IMG/VR virus record: IMGVR_UViG_3300045988_011059
Coordinates: 1-44,609 of that record
DNA length: 44,609 nucleotides
Direction: 5' to 3' (one strand)
From: a virus
Taxonomy: Duplodnaviria > Heunggongvirae > Uroviricota > Caudoviricetes
This document shows positions 36,050 through 43,823 of the stretch, one piece after another (position 1 is the first letter of the stretch; every line of letters starts with the position of its first letter). A program made the translations under genes and the position numbers. The notes below the pieces were generated by a model, which was not told the origin of the DNA, searched no databases, and was given only the letters and a program-made list of their open reading frames with translations.

Positions 36050-36064
36050 TGCCCCTTTCTTTTT
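36041..36064. terminator. Bidirectional rho-independent terminator
   Basis: GGGGC-TTAAT-GCCCC plus T-run; the regulator's stop codon lies in the loop. Confidence 0.65.
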
Positions 36065-36066
36065 AC

Positions 36067-38334
36067 TTATTCCAAATCATCCTCGGTCACCACCAGCATT
36101 TCATTCGGTTCGTATAGTGTCTTCGGAATCTTGTTATCCGTTATCCGGGTATTCAGCCTGTAACGGCCTGGTATTATCTGATTGTTTTCGTCGGTCCCTG
36201 GCACAAGATACCCCGCCTCAACCATTTTCTTAATCTTCCCGCGTTCTATGGCTTCTTTGGAGTTAAACGCCTTTGCGTTAGGGTCGGACTGTGCGAGCTT
36301 ATTCGCTGCGGCTACCGTGATGCCCTCGTTGCCGTTGTAGGTTCCTTCCGCCAGTTCAAACGCCGCCAGTATCGTGGCTTCTGAACTGTTGACGGCGTTC
36401 TCTACGGTTTTACGTACGTTTTCTTTACCTTCCTTCGTCAGTCCTTCTTCCCGCTCTTTCTCCTCGTCAGTCTTAAACGGCTCGAAGCCCCACGGCATCA
36501 GCACAAGCGCCTTGTGTGGCTCAGGCAGGTCCAGGTTTACGATTGTGCCGTATTCCTCTGTGCTACCCAGGAACTCAACTGCACGGTACTCTTTCGGCGG
36601 CGGGGCTTCACGGAACTGTACCGACTCCAGAACCATGCCAACTGTCTTCTGTTGTGGCCCGTGCTTAAATTTCGAGTGATATACGTTTATCTGACGGTCG
36701 GTAGCGCGTTCAATTGTCAGTTCCACGTCGACGCCAGCGTACAGCGCCCCACTACCACGGGCTTTCTTTCCGCCCTTCGGTGTGTGGTGGACAACACCTA
36801 CCGCGGCTTTAGTCGCATCACGTACTTCTTTCAGGATGGCGATAACTTTACCCATACCGATTGCCGTTGATGAGCTGTTCTCGTCGAACTTATCAATCGT
36901 CAGGGCCAGCGTCTGGTTAAGGGTGTCGAACGCAACCATGCCGATTGGCTCGTCGCCAGCAGTTTCGCGCATTAACTTAATCAGGCTTTTAAGTTTTCCG
37001 ACCTCACCCATGTCTATGACATGTACATAATCTTTACCCTCCACGCCGTATTTAGCCGCGAGCGCATCAATACGTGTACGTGTGGCCGCGCCGCCCTCAC
37101 CGTCTATATAGAAATGGTGGCAACGCTGGGTGTCCGCCCCCGCGAACCGGTATCCGGCGGCGCTGAGGTACATCATCCCCAGCGTATAAAACGATTTGTA
37201 CGTGCCAGATTCCCCGACGATATCCCAGATACAATCCGACGGCATGTACCCTTCGACGACGAAATCAGCCTTTACCGGTTCTGGTAACTCGTCCTCCTCT
37301 GAGTCCTCGTCGTCTTCCAGGTCGTCGAGACTGCATGAAACAGATTCACGTGCACCCCAGCCGATTGCCTCGGCTACTTCACTGAACGGCAGACCAGTCG
37401 CATCGCACGCGTATTTCCACACCTCTTTCGGCGACATGCCTTCGGTTGCCGTAATGTCGGTGTCGTGAATCATGGTTACGTTCGGCGCTTCGTACCCCTC
37501 TCGCGGGAAACACAGCAGAAAGTCATCCGGGCGCGGCGTCGGGTCGCTGTAGTTCTCTGCGTGTTCCGGTGTAGCTGGCATCTTAAGGCCGCGCGGTGTC
37601 ATGATGCCGCCGTACTCGAACGCCAGTGCTTCGAACGCATCTGTAAACGCGGTGCGCAGTTCTTCTGGTATCTGGTAATCCGATGCGCTGCTAACGTCAA
37701 CGGCGGGGATGCCTTCCAGTAATTCGTCCGGGTCAATCAGGTCGTTGCGGCGCGACCAGATAACATGAGAGCCAACTGGCGGCAGGTACATCGGCTGCGA
37801 CAGAGTGAACCCGCTGCGGTCCGCGCCCATGCCTTTGAAGAAGTGCTCAAGCAACCCATGACGAACACGGATGATGTCGCCGACTTCAACCGGACGGGCC
37901 AGCGGCATGACGACGCGAAAGCGCGGGGACTCGTCGGTATGTGATGCCGTGGTATAGAGGCACATCGCACGGCGGCTTCGCTTAACCAGACGCACCGCTT
38001 CCTGATACTCTTCCGGCGTTGCGCTGTCGAAGTCCAGATACGCCAGCGACGATTTGCTTACAGATGCGTCGCAGCGATAGAAAAAGCCTTTACGCGCTTG
38101 CTTAAAGTCACCGGTTTCCGGGTCTTTCACGGTGCTGTGTGTAGAGTCACACGCGGCGGTGATATAGCCGGGCGCTGTCTTCGGGTTAATCCCATCACGA
38201 ACAGCATCAAGCGGCTGGATTAACGCTTTCAGGTCGTCCAGTGTTGCCGTGTGTGTGGTTCTGACGTTTATATCCTTTTTCTCTGCTCGCGCGTTGCGGC
38301 GTGACCACGAGTAGGATAAAATTACATCGGACAT
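36067..38334 (-). CDS. Primase-helicase (primase/polymerase N-domain plus RecA-like ATPase)
   Basis: Walker A GESGTYKSF and Walker B MVAFD in the central domain; 755 aa; AAGGA RBS. Confidence 0.8.
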   Translation of the reverse strand: MSDVILSYSWSRRNARAEKKDINVRTTHTATLDDLKALIQPLDAVRDGINPKTAPGYITAACDSTHSTVKDPETGDFKQARKGFFYRCDASVSKSSLAYLDFDSATPEEYQEAVRLVKRSRRAMCLYTTASHTDESPRFRVVMPLARPVEVGDIIRVRHGLLEHFFKGMGADRSGFTLSQPMYLPPVGSHVIWSRRNDLIDPDELLEGIPAVDVSSASDYQIPEELRTAFTDAFEALAFEYGGIMTPRGLKMPATPEHAENYSDPTPRPDDFLLCFPREGYEAPNVTMIHDTDITATEGMSPKEVWKYACDATGLPFSEVAEAIGWGARESVSCSLDDLEDDEDSEEDELPEPVKADFVVEGYMPSDCIWDIVGESGTYKSFYTLGMMYLSAAGYRFAGADTQRCHHFYIDGEGGAATRTRIDALAAKYGVEGKDYVHVIDMGEVGKLKSLIKLMRETAGDEPIGMVAFDTLNQTLALTIDKFDENSSSTAIGMGKVIAILKEVRDATKAAVGVVHHTPKGGKKARGSGALYAGVDVELTIERATDRQINVYHSKFKHGPQQKTVGMVLESVQFREAPPPKEYRAVEFLGSTEEYGTIVNLDLPEPHKALVLMPWGFEPFKTDEEKEREEGLTKEGKENVRKTVENAVNSSEATILAAFELAEGTYNGNEGITVAAANKLAQSDPNAKAFNSKEAIERGKIKKMVEAGYLVPGTDENNQIIPGRYRLNTRITDNKIPKTLYEPNEMLVVTEDDLE

Positions 38335-38392
38335 ATTATAATTCCTTCAGCAAGTAATTTGGCCTCGGCGTTCACCGCGTCGGGGCTTTCTT

Positions 38393-38626
38393 TTATTCCA
38401 GGTCTTCTAAAGTAGCGGTCATTCCGCGAACTTCAGCAACAGCACTATATTTCCCACCAACATTTTTCACGACACCAGATTTAACCAGCACCTTCAACGA
38501 CCCTTCAATAATGGCGGAACTATAGTACCTAAAATAACTACGACGCAAGTCCATAACGCTGCACGACCCTTTTTTACGTGTTAGCGAAACGACAGCCGTA
38601 AATACCCGGGACTGGAACTCGGTCAT
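38393..38626 (-). CDS. Hypothetical protein (77 aa)
   Basis: ORF track; ATGA-coupled to the upstream HTH gene. Confidence 0.5.
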   Translation of the reverse strand: MTEFQSRVFTAVVSLTRKKGSCSVMDLRRSYFRYYSSAIIEGSLKVLVKSGVVKNVGGKYSAVAEVRGMTATLEDLE

Positions 38627-38793
38627 TTTACATTCTCCTTAATCCACGCTTCCACTTTCTCCGGGTCAAACGTACCTGGCTGCCGGCGGCCCATAATGCG
38701 GGTACAACAATCAGGGAACTTCCCACTCTTTAACCAGTTATTAAGCGTACGACGAGTAACCCCAATACGCTCAGCTACCTCATTCTGCGTCAT
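38623..38793 (-). CDS. Small HTH DNA-binding protein (AlpA/excisionase-like)
   Basis: MTQNEVAERIGVTRRTLNNWLKSGKFP HTH; ATG 38793 lies downstream of the predicted promoter, the track TTG start does not. Confidence 0.6.
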   Translation of the reverse strand: MTQNEVAERIGVTRRTLNNWLKSGKFPDCCTRIMGRRQPGTFDPEKVEAWIKENVK

Positions 38794-38825
38794 TCTCAAA
38801 CCCTCATTATCAGTTAACGAAACCA

Positions 38826-38854
38826 AGTATACATTGCGAATAATGGGAAATCAA
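38826..38854 (-). promoter_or_regulatory. Sigma70-like promoter TTGATT-N17-TATACT (minus strand)
   Basis: Read on the reverse complement; sits just upstream of the first leftward gene. Confidence 0.5.
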
Positions 38855-39150
38855 ACATAATCGCACCTATTGACATTATGAAAATCTTCGTTTAAGGTGC
38901 TTCTATATCTTAGTTACTTTGATTCCTGTTCACCTTGTAATACCCGCTTGAAACGCAGCGGCGCACCAGCGCCAGCGAAGTGTTAAGCGGCAGATTACTG
39001 AACATAAGAATTATCGTAACTTTCCTTCCTTAGTATCTCCGGTTGCCCTGGGCAAGCTCTATTCTCATCGGCAGCATATCTCTTAAGTATATGATAATTA
39101 AAAGTTTCTATAGTTGCCGTAAGCAAGGTAGAGAGTACTTCACTCCGCTG

Positions 39151-39170
39151 GGGTGGGCTAACGCCCACCC
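39151..39170. other. Perfect GC-rich hairpin GGGTGGGC-TAAC-GCCCACCC
   Basis: 8-bp inverted repeat read directly, inside the 465-bp divergent control region. Confidence 0.6.
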
Positions 39171-39229
39171 ACTGCGTTGCGTACTCTTTTAAGAAACGAA
39201 CGAATCACAACGGCAACGTAACTATTCTC

Positions 39230-39258
39230 TTGCACACCCCAACATAATAGGATACTAT
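39230..39258 (+). promoter_or_regulatory. Early-type promoter TTGCAC-N17-TACTAT
   Basis: TTGCAC 39230-39235, TACTAT 39253-39258; flanked by ACTATTC motifs. Confidence 0.55.
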
Positions 39259-39292
39259 TCACTTATCGAAACGAGACATAAGGAATTTAGAA

Positions 39293-39511
39293 ATGAACAA
39301 AGCGACCGCAAGCGTAGTTTCCGCAATAAAAGAAGTTTACGGCATCGATATCTCAGAGCGAGTAATCATCGGGAACAAACGAAACTTCTTTACGTTCGAC
39401 ACCGACGGAATGGATGAAAATGATTTTATTAACGTACAACGTTTCGCCAACGGTAAAGGGCTTCGTAACGAGCCTGCGGGTTACAAGAAATTCGCTATCT
39501 ACTTTAAATAA
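39293..39511 (+). CDS. Hypothetical protein (72 aa)
   Basis: ORF track; AAGGA RBS; AT-rich. Confidence 0.6.
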   Translation: MNKATASVVSAIKEVYGIDISERVIIGNKRNFFTFDTDGMDENDFINVQRFANGKGLRNEPAGYKKFAIYFK

Positions 39512-39529
39512 GACAGAGGGGTGAGGGTT

Positions 39530-39709
39530 ATGTTTAAGCACGGTCAGTTGGTTAAAACGAAAGACTGCGGGTACGGCGTCATTGTGCGAGGTTCTAAAAT
39601 ACCAGGGAGATATTTTTTGACTAATCCGTACTGGGATTTTGATATGTGGTTTTACGAGTACGAGCTAACACTCATCGGCAACAATTTTAAATTCAAAGGG
39701 GCAAAGTGA
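39530..39709 (+). CDS. Hypothetical protein (59 aa)
   Basis: ORF track frame from ATG 39530 after a GAGGGGTGAGGG RBS. Confidence 0.5.
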   Translation: MFKHGQLVKTKDCGYGVIVRGSKIPGRYFLTNPYWDFDMWFYEYELTLIGNNFKFKGAK

Positions 39710-39942
39710 TGCAAATCATAATTACAGATAACACCGTTACCTATGAAACAGCTAACGATACTCTGGAAAGCATAGGCGTAAATATTGGCGATGTTTTTGA
39801 TGTGCTGGACTCCTGCGAGTACGGCTGGTGGATTAAGGTCAGGCATTACAAAGTGCCAGTAACTAAGGCCGAAGCGGAAATATACACAACGGCATCGAAT
39901 CATGATGCTCGTGCCGACGACTCCGAGGGAGGTTGCCGTTAA
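39709..39942 (+). CDS. Hypothetical protein (77 aa)
   Basis: ORF track frame; ATG 39709 overlaps the upstream stop. Confidence 0.5.
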   Translation: MQIIITDNTVTYETANDTLESIGVNIGDVFDVLDSCEYGWWIKVRHYKVPVTKAEAEIYTTASNHDARADDSEGGCR

Positions 39943-40199
39943 TGAATAATACTGAACTGAAAACAGTAGCGGAATATAACCGTAAAATACGGGTCATGCG
40001 TCGGGGTGCGGGGCTGGAGCAGTTCTATAACATGTGGCGCATTGCGACGCGCGACCCTGAGTTTCTTCAGACAGGTTATTATTCCATTAAAGGCATTATC
40101 CCGATTCGTGCACGTAAGGATTATGGTTGGGTTCGTGAGACCCCTAATCTTTTGTGGTGCTGGTATTGTGGTGAATTCTGGGTAAAGGTTAAGGACTAA
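39942..40199 (+). CDS. Hypothetical protein (85 aa)
   Basis: ORF track frame from ATG 39942 (TAATG overlap). Confidence 0.5.
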   Translation: MNNTELKTVAEYNRKIRVMRRGAGLEQFYNMWRIATRDPEFLQTGYYSIKGIIPIRARKDYGWVRETPNLLWCWYCGEFWVKVKD

Positions 40200-40202
40200 G
40201 TT

Positions 40203-40346
40203 ATGAGAGAAGCATTTGAACGGTGGGCCGTCGTCGAGGGTCTGCCGGTTAACAAGGGTTCTAAGAAAGAGTACCTTAACGTTAAGACACGTCTCGCGTG
40301 GCGGGCGTGGAAAGCTGGTGTGCAATATGCGATGAATACGAGGTGA
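40203..40346 (+). CDS. Hypothetical small protein (47 aa)
   Basis: Hand-translated; AAGGA RBS. Confidence 0.35.
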   Translation: MREAFERWAVVEGLPVNKGSKKEYLNVKTRLAWRAWKAGVQYAMNTR

Positions 40347-40349
40347 GAT

Positions 40350-40655
40350 ATGAGCGAAGAACTTAAAGCATTTTATAAAGCCTACGCTGCGTGGCTCGAT
40401 GCTGGTGCGGTTAACAATGGCGTATTCACATGTTGCACCGGACTATGTTTCGCATTGCATAAGTGGGCAGGTGATAAAGGTTACAACCTCCGCGCTCTGC
40501 GCCTGGAGTTGAAAGCACAGTTTACCAACGCTGGGTTAGATTCGGGCTACCCGTTTAACCACGGCGAACCTAACTATGACGTCGAGTGCGATGATGGAAC
40601 AATCCACCTAAATCCGGCACGCATCGCCTGGGTACGTAAACACGCGACTGATTGA
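40350..40655 (+). CDS. Hypothetical protein (101 aa)
   Basis: ORF track; GAGGTGA RBS. Confidence 0.55.
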   Translation: MSEELKAFYKAYAAWLDAGAVNNGVFTCCTGLCFALHKWAGDKGYNLRALRLELKAQFTNAGLDSGYPFNHGEPNYDVECDDGTIHLNPARIAWVRKHATD

Positions 40656-40725
40656 TACGTATAACACACTGGATGCCGTTACCCGAGCCGCTGGAAGTGT
40701 GATGTTCAATAGTTTGGGATTTTAC

Positions 40726-40763
40726 TGAGTGACTTACGCTGCTACACAGCAGCGTATCATTTT
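40726..40763 (+). terminator. Rho-independent terminator
   Basis: ACGCTGCT-ACAC-AGCAGCGT hairpin followed by a T-rich run. Confidence 0.6.
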
Positions 40764-40826
40764 TCTCATTTTTGTTCTATTTCACCAAACGCAACAATCG
40801 AAGAGACTATTGCAGGAGATGCAACA

Positions 40827-41000
40827 ATGATTACTAAAGAACAGGCCGAACGACTAATCACGTTAATTGACACGATGATTGATGTAAAAACCGATTTAGC
40901 AACGGCAACAGAGGAGTCCGCTACCTGGTCACTTGAGGAAAGAGAAGCAGAAGCGGAGCGCGCGTTACTGGCGTTCATCGACTCTATAACACACCAATAA
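40827..41000 (+). CDS. Hypothetical small protein (57 aa)
   Basis: Hand-translated; strong AGGAG RBS 8 nt upstream; preferred over the antisense track ORF 40766..40978. Confidence 0.45.
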   Translation: MITKEQAERLITLIDTMIDVKTDLATATEESATWSLEEREAEAERALLAFIDSITHQ

Positions 41001-41007
41001 AATTTAC

Positions 41008-41036
41008 TTGCACGCTGAAATAGAATAGGCTACTAT
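41008..41036 (+). promoter_or_regulatory. Early-type promoter TTGCAC-N17-TACTAT
   Basis: TTGCAC 41008-41013, TACTAT 41031-41036; same architecture as 39230-39258. Confidence 0.55.
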
Positions 41037-41067
41037 TCATTTACACAGACGAGAGGAGAGACAGAAG

Positions 41068-41286
41068 ATGTTCCTGGAATGCAAATCCCACGATGACTAT
41101 TGGGTGCTGACTAAAAACGACTTATACCATCTCAAAGAAGACGGCGACGAGAGCCGCTGCTACGTAATAGACGACAACGGCACTGAACTTGATGTCTACT
41201 ACGCGGGGTATGGTCGATGGGCGCTATCCGCAGACGATGACTTTGTGTTCGAAGAATATAATGGGGAGGAACCAGAAGATGAGTAA
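41068..41286 (+). CDS. Hypothetical acidic protein (72 aa)
   Basis: ORF track; GAGAGGAGAG RBS. Confidence 0.55.
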   Translation: MFLECKSHDDYWVLTKNDLYHLKEDGDESRCYVIDDNGTELDVYYAGYGRWALSADDDFVFEEYNGEEPEDE

Positions 41287-41971
41287 CAAAAACGAAGTAT
41301 TCGAGTACCTGATTGACCAACTACGGCAGCAGCTACCGGTCGCAGATGTAATGGGTGAAATTAAACGGTGGAGTATCGACCGTAGTATTGCTGGTCGCGG
41401 TAACTATACCGACGAGGAAAATGCCGTAATCGATGCCTACATCGGCCTGGAGCACAACCAGTACAAGCAACAGTGCGAAGACCTGGCGCATGAGGTGCAG
41501 TCACTTAAGAATCAGTTACGTGATGCGTCGGCGCAGATTAAGGAGTTGCGGGAAGACAACATTAAGAAATCTGAGCACATATCGCACCTGACAGGGCAAT
41601 CGTCAGCATATCGCGGCGATGCGTTGCGCTTTCAAGCGCAAGTTGATGACCTGGTAAAACGACTGGCTACCGGTGACGTGGAGGCGTACAAACTTATCCG
41701 TAAAGGTGCGCTTGGCACTGAGAAATCCGGTTGCCGTAAAGAAGATACCCAGGAATGTGACCACAATTGGCTTATCGCTCCAGGATTGTTTATCGCCGAA
41801 GGCCACAAGGGCAACGTGCCCGGTAGTCTGTTTTGCTGCGAATGCGGTGCGCGTGAGTGGGATGACCCGGAGTATGAGCCGAAAGCCTATACGCAGAAAT
41901 GCAAACATGAGTGGGAATATTATTACCCCAACGGGCGGCGTTGTACCAAATGCGGGGTGATAAACTTATGA
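41279..41971 (+). CDS. Coiled-coil protein with C-terminal Cys/His zinc-ribbon-like cluster
   Basis: ORF track frame from ATG 41279; central coiled coil; C-terminal CDHNW...CCECG...CKHEW...CTKCG. Confidence 0.55.
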   Translation: MSNKNEVFEYLIDQLRQQLPVADVMGEIKRWSIDRSIAGRGNYTDEENAVIDAYIGLEHNQYKQQCEDLAHEVQSLKNQLRDASAQIKELREDNIKKSEHISHLTGQSSAYRGDALRFQAQVDDLVKRLATGDVEAYKLIRKGALGTEKSGCRKEDTQECDHNWLIAPGLFIAEGHKGNVPGSLFCCECGAREWDDPEYEPKAYTQKCKHEWEYYYPNGRRCTKCGVINL

Positions 41972-42244
41972 CCAGCATCCTCTTTATCTGGGTACTGTCC
42001 GCAGGCCAGATGCACCTCGCGGCATCAGAAACGTTTTACTCTATGGAGGCGTGGTGATGATTAAACTATTCGACTGGCGTACACTGCCGCCGGAGGCCTG
42101 ATATAGCGGCGAGTATGTGCGCGTGCGGTACTCTGATTTAATGGCTCTCGAAGCCGAGTTACAGAAATACAAAGACCAGTTCCCGGATTACGTCGAGTGC
42201 GCGAACTGTGGGTCGGTTACACATGTGGAAGGGGTGGAGTGATT

Positions 42245-42463
42245 ATGATATTCAGAGACCGTAGCAGCCTAAGAACGCCGGATTGTCCTACGTTCGAGTT
42301 CGAAGACAAAGACGGGGATGTCTGCTGTATTCAATTTTATAAAGACGATGAAGGCGAGTGTGGGCTTGTAGAGTTGCAGGTTTACAGCGAAACCGGTTGT
42401 GTTGTATTAAGTGCAGACGATGCTGAATCACTAGCTCGTAAGATACTTGAGGGTGTTAAATGA
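42245..42463 (+). CDS. Hypothetical protein (72 aa)
   Basis: ORF track frame from ATG 42245 with GGAGTG RBS. Confidence 0.5.
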   Translation: MIFRDRSSLRTPDCPTFEFEDKDGDVCCIQFYKDDEGECGLVELQVYSETGCVVLSADDAESLARKILEGVK

Positions 42464-42753
42464 GCCTTGCAACTGACATCCTGAAACGAAGAGGCCTTGA
42501 GCCGCTGTCACCGAGAGCTAAGACGCGCATACACAAGCGCCGCCATAACGCGCTGTACCCGGAGATTCAGGCCAGACGCAAAGCTGTCCGCGCCTGTGGG
42601 TTCCAGAACGGGAAGGCCGTAAATCTCGGTGAGTTCAAAACACAGGAACGTGCAGCTATCGCTAACCGGTTATTTAATTACTGGAAATCTCTGGGATACG
42701 ATGATATTCCGACGAAACCGCAGAGACGACAATACATCTGGAGACACAAATGA
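42460..42753 (+). CDS. Hypothetical basic protein (97 aa)
   Basis: ORF track; ATGA coupling on both sides. Confidence 0.55.
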   Translation: MSLATDILKRRGLEPLSPRAKTRIHKRRHNALYPEIQARRKAVRACGFQNGKAVNLGEFKTQERAAIANRLFNYWKSLGYDDIPTKPQRRQYIWRHK

Positions 42754-43190
42754 CTACTATCGCGTTTGACGGAAAGACAATGGCTTGCGACACGCGTGTT
42801 GTGTGCGGAAGTAACTGCTACAACACTGGCACTAAGATATACGAGAATGATTTTGCTGTTATCGGGGTGGCGGGTGATGCGGGGGTAGGCGCTATGCTTA
42901 TCGATTGCCCCGGTATCCTTCGGGCAAAGCACTATGACTTCGATTTCGAAGCCCTGGTGTTCGTGAAAGACACAGAAAAGGTGTATAAAGTCGCGTTTTA
43001 TAAATCATGGGATTGTGCCCTTAGTTCGGTTATCCCTGTCGCCGATAGCTTTGCCGCCGTTGGGTCCGGCTCGCCCTATGCGTTAGCGGCTATGTATTTG
43101 GGCGAAACCGCAACACGCGCGATTACTGTAGCCTCTCAATTCGACATTAACACCGGCGGCAAGATTATTACCAAACAACTATTAGGATAA
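42750..43190 (+). CDS. HslV / proteasome beta-type Ntn-hydrolase-like protein
   Basis: N-terminal MTTIAFDG matches the Thr1 nucleophile context of HslV (MTTIVS); IYENDFAVIGVAGDAG parallels LYNDKVIAGFAGGTADAF; AAVGSGSPYALAAMYL parallels IAIGSGGPYAQAAARAL; compared from memory. Confidence 0.65.
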   Translation: MTTIAFDGKTMACDTRVVCGSNCYNTGTKIYENDFAVIGVAGDAGVGAMLIDCPGILRAKHYDFDFEALVFVKDTEKVYKVAFYKSWDCALSSVIPVADSFAAVGSGSPYALAAMYLGETATRAITVASQFDINTGGKIITKQLLG

Positions 43191-43204
43191 TTCCTAACCG
43201 TGCT

Positions 43205-43244
43205 ATCCTCCAGTTACTGCATACTTAATACGCACCTGGAGGAT
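43205..43244 (+). promoter_or_regulatory. Hairpin sequestering the holin ribosome-binding site
   Basis: ATCCTCCAG (43205-43213) is the exact complement of CTGGAGGAT (43236-43244), which contains the GGAGGA RBS of the holin. Confidence 0.4.
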
Positions 43245-43249
43245 TCATC

Positions 43250-43558
43250 TTGGATAAATTTACTGAAACTGTGACAGGCTGGCTTCTGGCTGCCGCACTC
43301 GCTGGTGGGGTAATCGGACTACGGCAGCATAAGTCCGTTATTTCTGGCCCCATCGACGGCTTCTGCTTTATTGCAACTGGCTTCACTTGCGCCGTATTTG
43401 GCGCACCCCTCGCGGCACAATGGTTCGGCATTACTGGCGACCGTGAAATCGCCGGTCTGGGCTTCATTATCGCTATTCTCTGGATGCCTATCTATTCCCG
43501 CCTCTCTGGTATCGTTGCCGGAGAATACATCGCACGTCGAGGGGGTACAGATGAATGA
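43250..43558 (+). CDS. Holin
   Basis: 102 aa with three predicted transmembrane segments; TTG start with GGAGGA RBS; immediately upstream of the endolysin. Confidence 0.65.
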   Translation: MDKFTETVTGWLLAAALAGGVIGLRQHKSVISGPIDGFCFIATGFTCAVFGAPLAAQWFGITGDREIAGLGFIIAILWMPIYSRLSGIVAGEYIARRGGTDE

Positions 43559-43823
43559 GTTATTCTGGTTCGGCGGTATGCTGGCAATCGGGGGCACATC
43601 GCTGTTTAATGTATACCACCCAAGCGTTGACGACGGACTATTTGGCCGGGTGCTCTATATCCTGACCGCTATTGTCTGCGCTGCCGGGTGCATCCACCTG
43701 TTACAGGGCAGCATGTCCCCCACGCTGCCAGAGACATTAATCACATTAGTTGCGCTGCGTCAGATTCGTCAGGCGTGGCTATCGTACGGAGGACATAAGC
43801 GTGTCTCGAAACATTTCAGATAA
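43551..43823 (+). CDS. Holin-like / antiholin membrane protein
   Basis: ORF track frame from ATG 43551 (ATGA overlap); two hydrophobic helices. Confidence 0.55.
   Translation: MNELFWFGGMLAIGGTSLFNVYHPSVDDGLFGRVLYILTAIVCAAGCIHLLQGSMSPTLPETLITLVALRQIRQAWLSYGGHKRVSKHFR

Noticed and set aside
40766-40978. 70-aa minus-strand ORF in the 40656-41067 intergenic area
   Set aside because: Ser/Ala/Val-rich low-complexity product, opposite to the flanking plus-strand operon; the overlapping plus-strand 57-aa ORF (40827..41000) has a consensus AGGAG RBS and fits the transcription direction
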